In this document: positions 37,525 through 50,707 of the stretch, piece after piece
Position numbering within the stretch: the first letter of the stretch is position 1
How the letters are laid out: every line of letters begins with the position of its first letter
Made by a program: the position numbers and the translations under genes
Notes under the pieces: generated by a model
The model's database searches: none
What the model was told of the DNA's origin: nothing
What the model saw: the letters and a program-made list of their open reading frames with translations, nothing else
Source of the DNA: Paraphysomonas bandaiensis
Lineage: Eukaryota; Protista; Chrysophyceae
DNA: 64,000 nt
Assembly: GCA_965644295.1 (NCBI GenBank)
Contig: CBFFRP010000029.1
Span: forward strand, 1-64,000
Direction: 5' to 3'

Positions 37525-40367
37525 TCATGAATCGGAAGCATTATTCGAATCCACATTAACCAGAATTCCAGTCCTGATTCACACAATTCAGTTACACATG
37601 GAAGAGTTACACTTAGACAGAGATGTCACCTTGCTTTGTCGAGAAACTTCTGTAGCGCATTGATTCGCTTATCAATGTCTGATATGTCAGCTGCTTCTTG
37701 ACGCTCTTCCTCCTCATTCTCATTCTCATTTCCTTCCTCAGCACATGAGTCCCTACTTTGCCTGCTTATGCCACTGCTGCGGGCATTTTGGTCCTTATAG
37801 ACCAATAAGTCACCAAGCTCCTCACGTGATTGGCGAATCTTCTCTTTCACAAATTCGTTGTGAGAGGACCTGGTGGAATAAACATTTTCCTTTTCAGCAG
37901 ATGAATAAGGGCTGGTGTGTTTGGGCGTGCCAGTAGTATCTGCTTCCTGGGGTTTTCCCATTGGTTCAGAAGAAGACAAACTCTCGTACGATTTCCGATT
38001 ATCACTATCCTGTGGCCCGTAGTTTTGAGAGCCTCCTTTCGAGGGTACATCATGTGATACATTCTTATGCTTCTCCAAAATTCCCCCGTCATCTTGCTCG
38101 CTGTCATCAGAAGGATTCGTCTCGATGTCATCTAGAGGAAGACGACCATGCGAGCGTGCCAAGGACTCCGGTGCACGAGGGGGGACCGCGCTCGCGGTAA
38201 GCGACCGTGGATCATAGCGATCATCATGCCTTCCATCCTGGCTGTTTTCGTATCTTTCCAAGGATTGTCTGAGTGTGTGCCGCTCCGATGTGTCATTGTC
38301 GCCATGCAAGTATCCTTCTAAGAGGTCACCCACAAACCTGTTGTCATCACGCCACATATCTACTGCTGGAGCTGGACGGTGTGATATAGACTGCTCGGAA
38401 ACGATCCTGTTAACAGCCATGTCATATTTAGAAGAAAAAATTCAGAAGTGTTTTTTTACATGACAAATAAACATTCAGTATTTGCACAGCATGTATATGA
38501 GATGTTCTATATGAGTGGCTTAAGTACATACCCGCGTTTCGGTACATCTTTATCTTTCTGCTTCTTTTTTCTCTTGCTCTTAGGCTTGGTCTTTGTTCTT
38601 CTTTTATCTTCCGTTTTCCATGATGTATTTCTACGAGAAGATGAATCAGAATATTCACCCGAGTATGCTGAACCACGACTGGATGCCCGGGATGAAGCGC
38701 GGGACGTCGTACTGCGTGCAGAGCGTCTCGAGCCATTCGATGACTGGGAGTTCGCGGAGGAGTACCCTGATTCCACATATCGGTCTCCCCCAGCGCCCCA
38801 AGCGCTCCGAGAAGACTTCGACTGGGAAATCCGCTGCTGTCTCTGCATGGCATATGCAGTGGGGTCGAATCTCCCACCAAGAGACGACGAAGGGGAGCGT
38901 GATCGAGACCGAGATTGAAGAGTGGAACGACGAGGAGGGGGTGTTCGAGAAGTTTGTGACCTTCCTCTACCTGCACCTGTTCGAGTACCACCAGCACTAT
39001 ATCCATATCCGGAGCTGTACCCTCCCGTGCTACTGTACGACCCACGTGTTGATCGGGGAACGGGAGATCGGGAACGTCCGGTTGATGGTACACCCGCAGA
39101 CATTCGGTTTGCAGCGGCAATTTGACGTGAAGACATCTGTTGCTTTGAGCTTCGCCCAGCTCCACTAGATGCCCCTGTAAGTTTCTTACGGGCAATTAAC
39201 TGGCGGGCATCTTCTAATTCCCGTTGAAGTCGCAATACTTCCCGTCTGTGCTCTATGCGCTCACTGTCCAATGCATGCTGTAACCCAACCGCCTTGGCTC
39301 GCCATTCCTTTTCTCTCTCACTCTGAGATGATGGTGTCTGAGCACGCCATCGAGCAGCTTCACGAGCCATTTCTACACGGAGACGTTCGTATGCTGCTGC
39401 CGAGTCTGCTAGCTCGCGCTTTAGAGTATCAATTTGTTTTCTCAGCTTCCCTACATGCGTTGCAGTGGTCAATAGTGCGTATATGGATTAGACGACCACA
39501 CAGTATATATTCAAGTCGTACTTACCCACTGTGCCAGATGGCTCAGATGACCCATTGGAAACTCCATTGCGCTTTTCTAACTGCCTGAGGCGATGCTTGA
39601 GTTCTGTGTTTTCCTGTCGGAGTTGTGTGTCGATTTGCCTCATTTCCCTATTATTCCGTCAAGGGGTTGTCAATAATATACGCACTATAGTCAAGTTACC
39701 TTTCTTTAAGAGATACCGGAGCAGCATCTGCTATTTCTTTCTCGTGTAGTTTTTGTCGGAGTCTCTTGATGGTGCGCTGCAAGGCATGCACGTTGGGGGT
39801 CTCCTCATGAGCGAGGGGCAATGGGAAATGAACCCTGTCAAATTCACCAGAGTAGGTAAGGATAATATATCGTTTCATTTGTGAACGGGAGGCGGACGAA
39901 GACAAACTAGAATTCAACGGTGCTGCTGTGCCCAATCGACGAGCCTTTAGCACTTCCAAATCATTGTAAGTCAGCAAGTCGACATATACACTCTCGCTCT
40001 CTCTTGAGAAGGCCGAAGAAAGCATTTTAACAAACACAGAAAACTTCTTAAAGTTTCCTGCCTTATGTGAAATGTCTTCTATATCTGTGTGATGTGAATG
40101 AGGGAGACGGCAGCGATATATACGCATACATACACTGAGATGTGAACTCTCCACTCCAGCGCTCTCCTGAGTCCACCTGCTCAATATCCACACTCAGAAG
40201 AGACTCAGCAGCCGACATATTGACGACAAAAGTTATCCTGTTATGTAATATGAGTCTCTGAGGTGTGTAGATGTGTGTAGATGTGTATATACGTACCCGT
40301 GAAACTCCATAGTCCACTCCCTCTCCTGACCCGCCCTACCATCTACAGGGGGGAACGATGAGTCCAT
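37525..40367 (-). CDS. CCDC61: CCDC61/VFL3 centriolar SAS-6-like protein, multi-exon
   Basis: Head domain WSGEFTSQ|YIEDISHKAGNFKKFSVFVKML, VDLLTYNDLE and KRYIILTYSGEFDRVHFPLPL, then a coiled coil, RFDPTAY, and C-terminal DIDKRINALQKFL. Confidence 0.92.
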
Positions 40368-41270
40368 CAGATGCTAGTTTAACACGAGATGAGAAGAATC
40401 CCCTGCAACTGCGGCTGTCGAGGTGTTATATATGTGTGTATATGCGGCAGATTGAATTCAAATTATCATACATGTATATGACACTGATCTATAATACATA
40501 CCGTATACCGTCCAGTACATACTTCGTAGTGCTGTATAGTGTACTTCTATATGGTGTATACCGCCGTATGCAGTAGTATCTACATATATATTCATATCTC
40601 GTATCTCATAAACCGTATACCAGTATACGGTATATCTGATATGTTATACTGCTGTATGTATAGAGAGCCGTATACTGCTGCTGTATACTTCGTATGTAGT
40701 CGTACGTAGTATATGTGCTCTGTTTGGGTGCAGCGTATCGTGTATATCTATGCAGTCCGGCTGCTGTATTGAGATGCATGTCATGGGATTGGAATGACAC
40801 CACTGTGTTGAACCATGATGTGATATAGCACGAAAAGGGAACTACTAAAACACTTCATGCTCTACTTGCAAATAAAAGAAGTTGCGGTTGTGACGGTTAG
40901 TGGTATCGAGTTTAGACAACATACAGAAGGAAGTCCTCACAGGTGGTGGATATCAATAGAGCACAGCACGTATACACTAGAGCTGTAATATAAAACTGTA
41001 TCAGGAGTAATGTAGAGAAAGGGGTAGAATACTTCTTGTAGTAATGCAACGACTATATAGCATTGAGCGGTAATGTATTAATTTAGAACAGTACTATATC
41101 TAAATGCTCAACAATCAACAATGCATATTGCAATATGTTGCCAACAGTATTGTAGTTTGTTACTAGACTACTGAATACTTCCCAACTTTATTACTTGATT
41201 ATTAAACGAAAACCCAAATGTCTCCCACTTTGGAGCCGATGGTGCCTCATATGAGAATCTCAGCTGGCAT

Positions 41271-41771
41271 ATGACCACTTCCCCTACTATTCTAACGCTT
41301 TCACACCCCCATACACGCAAACCTCAACGTAGACAACTCCACCTGCTCTTTTTACATCCAACTACTACACTGCAGTCAGCTGCGCCCCGAGACTATACAG
41401 ATCCTACGGCTCCACCTCGCACCATCTCACTTTCCCTCGGAAAACTATCCTCCCATGTTCATAACTGTGACCCTCCCTTGAGGACCTTCCCCAAAGGGTG
41501 TCCCCCTGATTAACCGCACCTATTGGTAATGAAGGACTACACATCCGTGATCAGCTCTAGCACTTACTTAAAGACTCACATTACTGAAGTCAGCAGATGT
41601 CAGGTATATCAATATTCAACATTCAACATTCTGCTTGCTCACGGCGTTTGCTTTGAGCATTCGTAGCGCCAAATAGCACGATATCAGAGTTTAGCGCTAG
41701 TTATTTAAATTGTTTTGCTACATTAGTTCTGACTCTTACACGCCTATTGCTAATAACAGACATTCACTACT
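41271..41771 (+). mobile_element. Diverged 3' end of the same non-LTR family
   Basis: The ORF remnant ends PKGCPPD*. The terminus CGCCTATTGCTAATAACAGACATTCACTAC matches the ends at 34645 and 36287. Confidence 0.65.
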
Positions 41772-42112
41772 TATTAAACGAATAGATCACTACTTCGCTG
41801 CATAGCCGACATTCTTTAGTGCGTTTATAATGATCTTTATCGTGAATGAATCCTCATCTTGGAAATGATAGAGTGATTGGTAGTTATATAAGCGGCTAAT
41901 TCAGATACCTCAGTAGAACTTCTTCGTATATTTTTATATTCGTAGTGAGAATCTACGTAATATTATACATACATTAGTGATCAGTGTGTATGCTCATTGC
42001 TCATGTAAATGTGTACAGTATATACATTATCAAATCTCAGTGCCAATATACGAAGATATAATGCACAAATATACAATAATGCCTCCAAACTACAAACTCT
42101 TTATTCTTCGAT

Positions 42113-44275
42113 CTACAATACGTCGAATCGTCGCTGTTGCATGAGTGTCTTGAGTATTTTCTCTTTGTCTGAGTCAGAGTGGGAAAATTTTTGAACCATA
42201 GGATCCGACAATCCAAAAGCATCTTGAAGAAAAACATTTTTGGAACGTTCATGTTGTCTGATAAATGTTGCCAAAGATGGTTGAGAAAGTAGGAAAACAA
42301 AGTAACTATTTCTTAGTGTCCCTCGTGTGGAAAATGACGACATACAGTCATCCGGTACATCTAGAATTTTGATAAGGTCGTAGAACGCTAAGACAGGTTT
42401 GAGCAAGACATTCAGCTCAGAAAAATTACATCCAGTGTTGTTGATATTAGAATTAACCCTTTGACGTTTTCGGCACGGAGAATCACGGTTCAAGGCACCC
42501 ATCTTTTCAAAATCCATCACACGATCACTGAGCAACTCTTGATCAGTAAAAACAGGAGGACGAGGAGAATGTGTGCCCACGCCGACTTGGGATTCCACTG
42601 CCTCACAAATACACTTCAGTGACGATATAATGCTCTCTTGCTGACGAAATTGGAGTAGTACCCGCTCTCGCAGAGCAATCAGACCAACATCCTCTAAAAA
42701 TGGTGTGTTCTGTGTACTACCCTGGTCCTCCGCATGTGTTTCTCTGCTGAATTCTCTTGCGCGCTCCCTATCTATTACTATTCGTTCCGTAAGAGGATAG
42801 GAGCACGATTCAACTTCTCCACACCACTCTATGTATGCATCACATGCTCGAACCACCCACAAAATAAACTCCACGTCATTACGTATCCCTAGAGTTGTAT
42901 TCCCACAACGCCTATGCCAGTGAGTGATGTCATCACACACAGCGTCTGCCTGTAATACAAGCTCTTCCTTCAGAGAGTCGTAGAGGCGTATCCAGTTGAC
43001 AACTGTAAGCTTTTGAGTAGCTCTCACCAGGCTCCCGTGTGGTACACCATCTCCAGTACAGTTTACATGCCTTTCAGAGGAGTGGGTCTTGGGCACGAAT
43101 AGAGATGATTTCCAGGTAGCCGAGAGGCGGTTGCGAAGCGATATTCGGAGCCAATGCCAGCTGTCGGCAAGTGACTGCCAGAGAGTGCGGTACAGACGAT
43201 CACTGTGAGATTGTTTACACCAAAAATACCATCTTCCTTGCGAATGAGCTCCACTACACGATGGCATTCCAACTGTCCAACTCTGTTCACAGCAGTTCTC
43301 ACTGCTCGAGTATTCCGTGGAGTTACCACGACCGGAGTAGAAAGTTTGTCCATGTGGCTGGACACTAGCATAATCCATAGAACTACTTGTTTCATGACCC
43401 GGACCATTTAAGCGGTTGCTTTCCATCTGAGCTGCAATGAGACGCCCTGCCGCACAAAGCTGTGCAAGTTGCGTTGTAGATGTAATAACTGTGTGCGCGA
43501 CAGGTGGGGATGTGACCACAGCGGATGTTTGTGTAGTTCTATTCGGGCATGGCTCTCCACACATTTCACACCATTCGCTGGTCGGTAGTGCCTGGGTAAG
43601 AGAACACCTCGGACATTCCCATGTCGGTTCAACCGATGGGTGTGTAGAAACTGCATTGTTCGAAATAGGAAGGTGAGATGTCAACGGAGACCTGTTCCTC
43701 CTCGGGCGCATTTCCGACTTTGCATTCAGAACATAGATTTTGTGCAGGGGTTGCCACAGCACATCACTTCTACACGTATAATGCCAACTCTTACACACAT
43801 TCATGGCACATCGAAGTGCAGCAATATCCAGATAAACAAAACACATTTGCACGAGAACATCTTCCGGTATAAGCGATATAAAATTTTCCCCACACTGGGT
43901 TTCCAGTGTACGATCAACTTTGTCACTTCGTAGGTATTGATCTTCATGCTCGTCATCAAAATCACTCATGAAATCTTCCAATATCTGCTCAGTTAATTTG
44001 TTTCGAGAATGAATTTCTTCGCACTTTCCATCAACTTCAATGCCCAGCCTCTTGTACTTAGTCTCTCGCACTGACGACTCTGCACCACATACTTCGCATA
44101 TTGTCGACTTTATATCGGCTTGGTTTACATGAGAGCAAGACTGACATATCCAGGGCAGGTCCAGGTCCACCTCTAACTGTTTAATGCGCTCATTCACTGT
44201 GCTGTTAGGAGCCTTCATGCCCCATACTTTTATCAATTCTCGTGTAACTTGAGTTTGTTTAAGATGTTCGATCAT
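42113..44275 (-). CDS. F-box protein with two RanBP2-type zinc fingers and a cullin-repeat-like C-terminal region, intronless 720 aa
   Basis: WICQSCSHVN..CEVCG; F-box LIPEDVLVQMCFVYLD..VCKSW..LW; WECPRCSLTQ..CEMCG. Confidence 0.8.
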   Translation of the reverse strand: MIEHLKQTQVTRELIKVWGMKAPNSTVNERIKQLEVDLDLPWICQSCSHVNQADIKSTICEVCGAESSVRETKYKRLGIEVDGKCEEIHSRNKLTEQILEDFMSDFDDEHEDQYLRSDKVDRTLETQCGENFISLIPEDVLVQMCFVYLDIAALRCAMNVCKSWHYTCRSDVLWQPLHKIYVLNAKSEMRPRRNRSPLTSHLPISNNAVSTHPSVEPTWECPRCSLTQALPTSEWCEMCGEPCPNRTTQTSAVVTSPPVAHTVITSTTQLAQLCAAGRLIAAQMESNRLNGPGHETSSSMDYASVQPHGQTFYSGRGNSTEYSSSENCCEQSWTVGMPSCSGAHSQGRWYFWCKQSHSDRLYRTLWQSLADSWHWLRISLRNRLSATWKSSLFVPKTHSSERHVNCTGDGVPHGSLVRATQKLTVVNWIRLYDSLKEELVLQADAVCDDITHWHRRCGNTTLGIRNDVEFILWVVRACDAYIEWCGEVESCSYPLTERIVIDRERAREFSRETHAEDQGSTQNTPFLEDVGLIALRERVLLQFRQQESIISSLKCICEAVESQVGVGTHSPRPPVFTDQELLSDRVMDFEKMGALNRDSPCRKRQRVNSNINNTGCNFSELNVLLKPVLAFYDLIKILDVPDDCMSSFSTRGTLRNSYFVFLLSQPSLATFIRQHERSKNVFLQDAFGLSDPMVQKFSHSDSDKEKILKTLMQQRRFDVL

Positions 44276-44917
44276 GTTTAAAGCGGTGTGAGACAGTCTT
44301 ATAGCAGTATGAGTGTAATCATAAGCGCATCAGTCATATCAACATACCACATACATATACACATACATATATACACATATACCACTACTGCTGCTAGATC
44401 TCCTACAACCCCCTCACACCACTATCACTCTCACTCATAGAGAGACGTAAATGATATAATCATCTCATCTTGAGTGTATATCACTCTATCTGTGTGATGT
44501 TAGAGGTGTGGTATGGTATGATAGGCCGGAGCTACATATACATGGACTGTACATATACATCCTTCCTGTGTGTACACTGCTGTACATGTCTATATATACA
44601 TAGAGAGGAGAGACTGAGAAACAGAAAGAACAAGATGACCAGAAATACATTGTGTAGTATACCGTATCACAATACACTGTACATCTTCTGTATTTAAATG
44701 GAACAAAAGTATTTCCCCCAGCCAATCATCTGTCTCGGTTTCACGGGCACCACAGGATGAATAAACTTCCCTCTGTATTTAACGCACGATACAGCAGTAC
44801 ATATACATGTACAAGTACATGGACCTGCCTCAAGCCTGCAGCCAGAAGGACCCCTCTAGATTATAGGCCCCTATAGACATACAGACCCATTGCCTATTTA
44901 CTATATAAGAAATTGGA

Positions 44918-46516
44918 ATGAGTTTGATTGGAATTGATTTTGGAAGTCACTGTGCGTCATTAGCACTGTGTAATGATGATGGCAGCTCTGTGGAGGTGTT
45001 TGCAGATGATATGGTTCGTATTCATAGTTACAGTGCATTAATATGAGTAACAGTGAGTCATATACAGGGATCAAGAAGCATTCCTTGTGTTGTTGCATTC
45101 AGAGGAGAGGAGATTCTTGTTGGTCATGCTGCACTTGTTCAGCAGCATAAGAATAGAGCGAACACATTCCCCAAGATACGTGAGCTCCTGGATAGAGCAG
45201 ATGGGGAGGGTGTCGAAGTGCCATTGTTAGAGAAGAGTTTATCTGTAGTTGAGCTAGTATCCCATTTCTTTCGTCATGTACATAATCAAGTAAAGCAACA
45301 AGTTGGTAAAGCGGTCAGGGACTGTGTTATTACAGTTCCTCACAATGCATCCGACAATTTCAAAGCACGCCTGTCTGAGAGTGCCAAAGCTGGTGGCATC
45401 AGAATCAAAGCGTTTATTCCTGAAAACATAGCCGCTGCATTAGGACAGAAGATTGAGAGCCCGCCAGCTTCTGGGTGTTGCGTTATGGTTGTTGATTTAG
45501 GGTGGTCCAAATCAGAGATTTCTTGCTTTCTTGTGTTGTCTGAAGGGGCGCTTATTCCCATTGCATCCAAAGTATCAACTGAAGTAACTGGTCAGTCTGT
45601 TGTCTCATCTCTTACTGCTCATTGTGCAAAAGACTTTCAACGAAAAGCCAAGTTCCCTTGTGTGGACAATGCACGTGCCATGGTACGTTTAGGGAGGGAA
45701 TGTGAAGCAGCCGTTAAGGTTCTATCTACTACTGCTGAAACCACAATTGGAATCGACTCATTATGTGAAGGCGTAGACTATACAGGCAAAGTATCTCGTG
45801 CAAGATTTGATGATCTCTGTGGAACATACTTTATGGGCGTTAGGGGAATTGTTAGAGAGGCCCTGCAGGGCGATGACATTGAGTGGACACTCGACCGAGT
45901 ATCCCACATTGTACTCGCAGGTAGAGTACCGAATGACATACTTGTTGTACAGCTTATAAGTTGTGTAGGAGGCTTCAGTGCGCTTCCACGTGCGCAAAGT
46001 ATACTCTCCTCAGAGATGCCTAATGCATCCTTCGTCCGTGGCCGAGTTGAGCCCGCTGAAACATTGTGTGTTGGCGCGTGTACACATGGTGCTGTACTAA
46101 TTCAAGAGGTATATTAATCCACATATATCGCGCTTGGTATTACTGACCTGTGATATTAGGGATGTCTGGAGTCTCCCCCTACGGAAAAATTATCTCTCCC
46201 TTGCTCTAGCACTGACATTTACATCTCCGGGGCCAACGATAGCAGTATCCTAGTCGTCCCTGCTGGGGCTCTTCTACCGTACTCGACCACGGTCAATGCC
46301 ACAGCCGCAGAAGGGCCGTCGTCTTCTCTTTTTATTCATACTACTCCATCTAAGGAAGACCCAATAGGTCGAATGGTTTTCGATGTGCCATCAGGTGATG
46401 CACCGTCAGAGTTGTCAATTGATGTCTCTATGACCTTAGAGGGTAGTCTCCGCGTTATTGTACGTAAAGGTAACGTCCACCTCGAGAAGATAGATATTTT
46501 AGCAACTAGTGAGTAA
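44918..46516 (+). CDS. HSPA14: Atypical Hsp70, HSPA14/Ssz1-like, multi-exon, lacking the lid domain
   Basis: MSLIGIDFGS, DDM|GSRSIPCVVAF, DCVITVP, VVDLG, RAMVRLGRECEAAVKVLS, IDSLCEGVDY..SRARFD and LA|GGFS, with a short C-terminus. Confidence 0.8.
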
Positions 46517-47176
46517 CTAAGTGTGTTATTGATCTGATTGAATTGAATGTCAACCTGAGATATGTCGGTTGGCTGATACTGTTCTTGTTTCTTATAATTT
46601 TTGTGCGTTGTGTGCACTGCGGTGTTCATTGCGTAAACCGTAAACATTTAAATTCTACAATTTTGAGTTAGTATCATTTTATTGCAATGTTAAAGAGTAA
46701 ACAGGTATGTCCCGAATCCTTATTGCTGTGATAGTGGTAGTAGGTTGCAGGTCTCAACATCTCAGCATTAGCTGGTGGTGAGAGTTGAATAGAAGTTTGC
46801 TGTACGCTGTGTACTGGACGGTGTATTACAATGGAGCCGTAAAAGTACTACTACGACGAAATTTTCTTAGTGTTTAGAATATATTTTCGTAAACTACAGT
46901 TCTCATAAGATAGCTACATTATACACAAGTTCTTTATTCAATGAAAAACGACAAGTCCTAAGAATAGAAGTACTACTAAAATATCGTCGACTTTGCGCAA
47001 AAAGATTATGAAATCTAGTGCTACTTAAACTTGAATTTTATTACATAATCTCGAATAGTGTCTACACTTCAATTACAGGATGGTAGAGGAGATCAGAAAA
47101 AGAACCACACATGCGTAACAAAGTATACGCATCAAGATGTCATTCCGTGGTACGCATCACGCCCTACCATATCTGC

Positions 47177-47663
47177 TTATAATTCAGCAGGATTCGGAGC
47201 TGGTTGGAATATGTCTTTAAATGTATTTGTGGCTGCAGTGAATCCTTCACGATACCCATGCTCGCACCACCTTGACACTGTTGGTTTAGGAAGCTCGTGA
47301 CTAGCCTCCATGCATGTCTGTGAGATTCTATACTGCGGCTTTCTCCCTTGGCATAAAGACATGCAAGACTAAGAATACAAGAATACTAATTAATGAATGT
47401 CAAGGGCATTGTGGGTACATACATCAAAGTATCCCTTCTCCATTGCAGAAGTGCAGTAGTCGCCTACTTTCGGACGCGGAAGTACCTTCTTCGCTTCACT
47501 ATATAGCCGTACATAAGAGCACACAACACCTAGCAGAGATTATTTACCTGCACATTTCAAGCGTAAGAATATCTCGCTTGAGATCATCACATGTCTTCCA
47601 GCAGTCCTCTTCTGCGTATGCAGCTGCAGCTAATATCGAGATAAAGAAATATTTGAATATCAT
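47177..47663 (-). CDS. Small secreted Cys-rich protein with two LP(R/K)P repeats, 3 exons
   Basis: MIFKYFFISILAAAAYA signal. Repeats EAKKVLPRPKVGDYCTSAMEKGY and EASHELPKPTVSRWCEHGYREGF. Two GT-AG introns. Confidence 0.7.
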
Positions 47664-48336
47664 ATTAATTCAGTGCACTGTGTTTATGATACTTGTCGTG
47701 GATGTTCACTGTTTGTGCCAGGAAATGTAGTAGATATATTGGCTATTGCATATGTTGCAGAACGTGCTGTATATATTCGTACGTGCACAAGCAGTTGAAT
47801 AGATAGGATAGATCCATATAGCAGTGTACGGTATGCTGTATTCTCTGTATGCATCATGTCCCTCAGAGGGGAATGCACTGTATACAACTACACGTATATC
47901 TGGATTCTCTAAAGAACTATTCAAGTCCGGAAATCGCACTACTGTCGTATGTCCGGTGAGAATACGCTGTATACCCACCCCCTACAAGGTTCCGTTGTGG
48001 AGCAGTTTCAAGCACTGCTTTAATTTTGATCCTATAAACTAGTGTTTTTTTCGTAAACTAGAGATTTTCAGCCACCGCCAGAGAGGTGAAATATACTGCT
48101 GTTAGATGCCCACAGTTACATATAGGGGGAGTATTATATGCATATGCCTACAGCACACATGAACTCCAACTAATAGAAGAAGTACCCTTAAAGTATATTG
48201 CAATAACATTCAGTGAGCCTATGCAGTATATATCATAGAATGGGCTTTATACTATACTATTGACGGCTGTGGAATACACGAGTTTCCTTCTTATTGGAGT
48301 GTATTATTTTTGTATTGTCTGATAATCTTTATCGCC

Positions 48337-49071
48337 ATGACGATTTCATGTTATATGAGGATCGTGTTCGGACTGGTTATGTTCTATATGGCTGAAGGAA
48401 CTATAGAAAGGTGTCAAGCGAACTGTGTCGCTGATGATCGTAAAGTAGGCCCCACAAAGCCGCAGCATACACGACCTCATCCTTGGAAGCCCGCACCGTT
48501 TCCCGTTGCATTCGATGGATTTTGTAAACTGGGGTGTCAATTGTTTTTCTCAGAAAATCCGTACAATGTCACTTGCAAGAGGTCGTGCGATTACGCTTAT
48601 AGATATGGAATTTCAGTCGAATATAGTGATCTTGGTGAAGTTGCCAAACTCGAGTGTAGAGATGGGTGTGACATAGCATTACTCACTTGTCAGACGGGGT
48701 ACTACTGCGTCAATGGAGAAATGAAAACTTGTCCGCCTGGACGTTTTCGTGAGAGCGACACTGAGAATATAACATCTTGTGTGGATTGCCCTCCAGGCCG
48801 ATACAGAGAGAGAGATAAAGGTACCAGTGCAGATACATGCACAAAATGTCCGATTGGGAAATATGCGAACACAACTGGCGCTTACGATCCTAATACTTGC
48901 TTGAAATGCCCAGCTGGGCAGACCGCTGAAGAAGAAGGCATGGCGATATGCAAGTGCATTACCCCTTACAGCTGTGATATGTACGTTGAACTTGAAGGCA
49001 ACACCACTCAATACTATAGTAATGGCGTTGATTTCTTCAGAGAAACAGTGCCATTTATAGGTCGGTGGTAG
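48337..49071 (+). CDS. Secreted Cys-rich protein with TNFR/ephrin-receptor-like (CPxG) repeats
   Basis: Hydrophobic N-terminus, three CxxGC/CxxSC helical motifs, and CPPGRF, CPPGRY, CPIGKY and CPAGQ repeats. Confidence 0.8.
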   Translation: MTISCYMRIVFGLVMFYMAEGTIERCQANCVADDRKVGPTKPQHTRPHPWKPAPFPVAFDGFCKLGCQLFFSENPYNVTCKRSCDYAYRYGISVEYSDLGEVAKLECRDGCDIALLTCQTGYYCVNGEMKTCPPGRFRESDTENITSCVDCPPGRYRERDKGTSADTCTKCPIGKYANTTGAYDPNTCLKCPAGQTAEEEGMAICKCITPYSCDMYVELEGNTTQYYSNGVDFFRETVPFIGRW

Positions 49072-49825
49072 AGCGTAGTATTATCATGTGTGGCAATCAT
49101 ATTTGAGAGGGCTGGTTAGGTGCTGTAGTATCGTTTATTTTACTCGTATTTTCATATGTTGATATATTGTTCTAATTGCGTATTTATTCTAATATCGCTT
49201 CTGCGAACAAAACGTTATTGATCCTGGCCATCGAGATGTCAAACATTGGAGCAATCTAAATCTGTATCCATTAATAACCTAGAGTATTTCGTGTATGTTG
49301 TCCATATTTTTTGTACTCCTCACCTAATACATAACACACAATAGATATATAGCTAAAACCGATCGTTATGAAATATGAAAGAATTATTTATAGTTACAGT
49401 GTATTGTTACTATTTTAGGTCATCCACCACACCACGACTTTTGATCGTTTGAGCAAAAACTAGTAAAGTGCAGTATATTGATACTGCACGTTGTTTTGCC
49501 CTATATGATGTTCATTTATTAAAAAAATTTGACAACGTTTTAGCATAAAAAGGTGGTTCTTTTAATATCAATTAATTGCAATTGATTGACAATTAATTGA
49601 AGCGAGCTGGAGTCAATTATAATTGCAATTATGAATTGATGTCCCAATTTCAATAATTGACAATTAATTGCATTAATTAAAAATCAATTAAGTTGTACGC
49701 AGCCATATAGTGGCAGTGAGGAAACTTAACTTGAAATACTATTGCAATGTACATTTATATTCAAACCCTTAGTGGTCAACTACTCAATAGTATCGTCGCA
49801 TTATATTGTCCATATTGTTCTATAT

Positions 49826-50046
49826 CAGGGCCCGGAACAATATATATTGATATATTGAATAGAAATATATTGCAAAATATATTGCTTGGTGGACCGGCCA
49901 AAAGTTACATCAATATTGTTTCTGTTAAAGTAACTCACAATTATATTACAATAGTAATGTTGGTCCGATTTTAAAAAAACATCAATAGTATTGAGGGAAC
50001 GCTATTTAACACTAGTATTGCAATATATTGCTCCCTGGTGTCCCTG
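49826..50046. mobile_element. hAT-like MITE; second copy at 51968-52147
   Basis: CAGGG...CCCTG ends with CAATATATTG subterminal motifs. The core GGTGGACCGG...GGAACGCTA...AGTATTGC recurs at 52021-52147. Confidence 0.55.
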
Positions 50047-50707
50047 GGCTACATCAGTACCATCGATAGATTTTCTTTCACTACATTAAGAAATAATATC
50101 TGCTATACTGAAGATAAATGCTAATATACTGCAATACGCAATCATGACAGATACACTTGTCCACCATACACATACTTAGTCCAAGGTTCCGTACTAGACC
50201 TACGCACTGCACTGTAGATAGATAACGGAAGAAAGGACCCATCTATACAGTAATTCTCCAACTACAGTGTGTCTACGTCGAAGGCGGTCCTACGGAATAT
50301 ATAAGAATAGAGGGTTTAAGATTCAATCTGACGATCGTCAGACCATTTCTTGTTCTGCTCTCTATATAATAACAGCAGATGTAATTCTCATGCCATGATC
50401 AATATACTCTTCCAACAACCGATTCGATATGCGATACATTGATCTCAGCACCTCAACCTCATTCACACGGTATAAAATATGTGTCCTTAGTCCTCATATG
50501 GAGACACAGGACTGCAGGAGTGTGTCTGGATACACACCTCCAATGCACAGCTTATCAAACACATTACTAACCAATAAAAAACAATGTATAGACATATAAC
50601 GCATATGATTGGCTATATAATTATACGAGTGTTGAGGCATATGTACAGTGCAGCAGTGCAGTGCATGACTTATGTCATCACATCACTGATGAAACACATA
50701 CACCGCA

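Noticed and set aside
38428-39195. Several long overlapping ORFs on both strands
   Set aside because: They are shadow frames of the GC-rich Ser/Arg-rich exon of CCDC61.
49565-49692. Array of CAATTAATTG palindromes as a regulatory array
   Set aside because: It is low-complexity AT-rich sequence next to a MITE, more likely transposon subterminal repeats. No boundaries or TSD were found.
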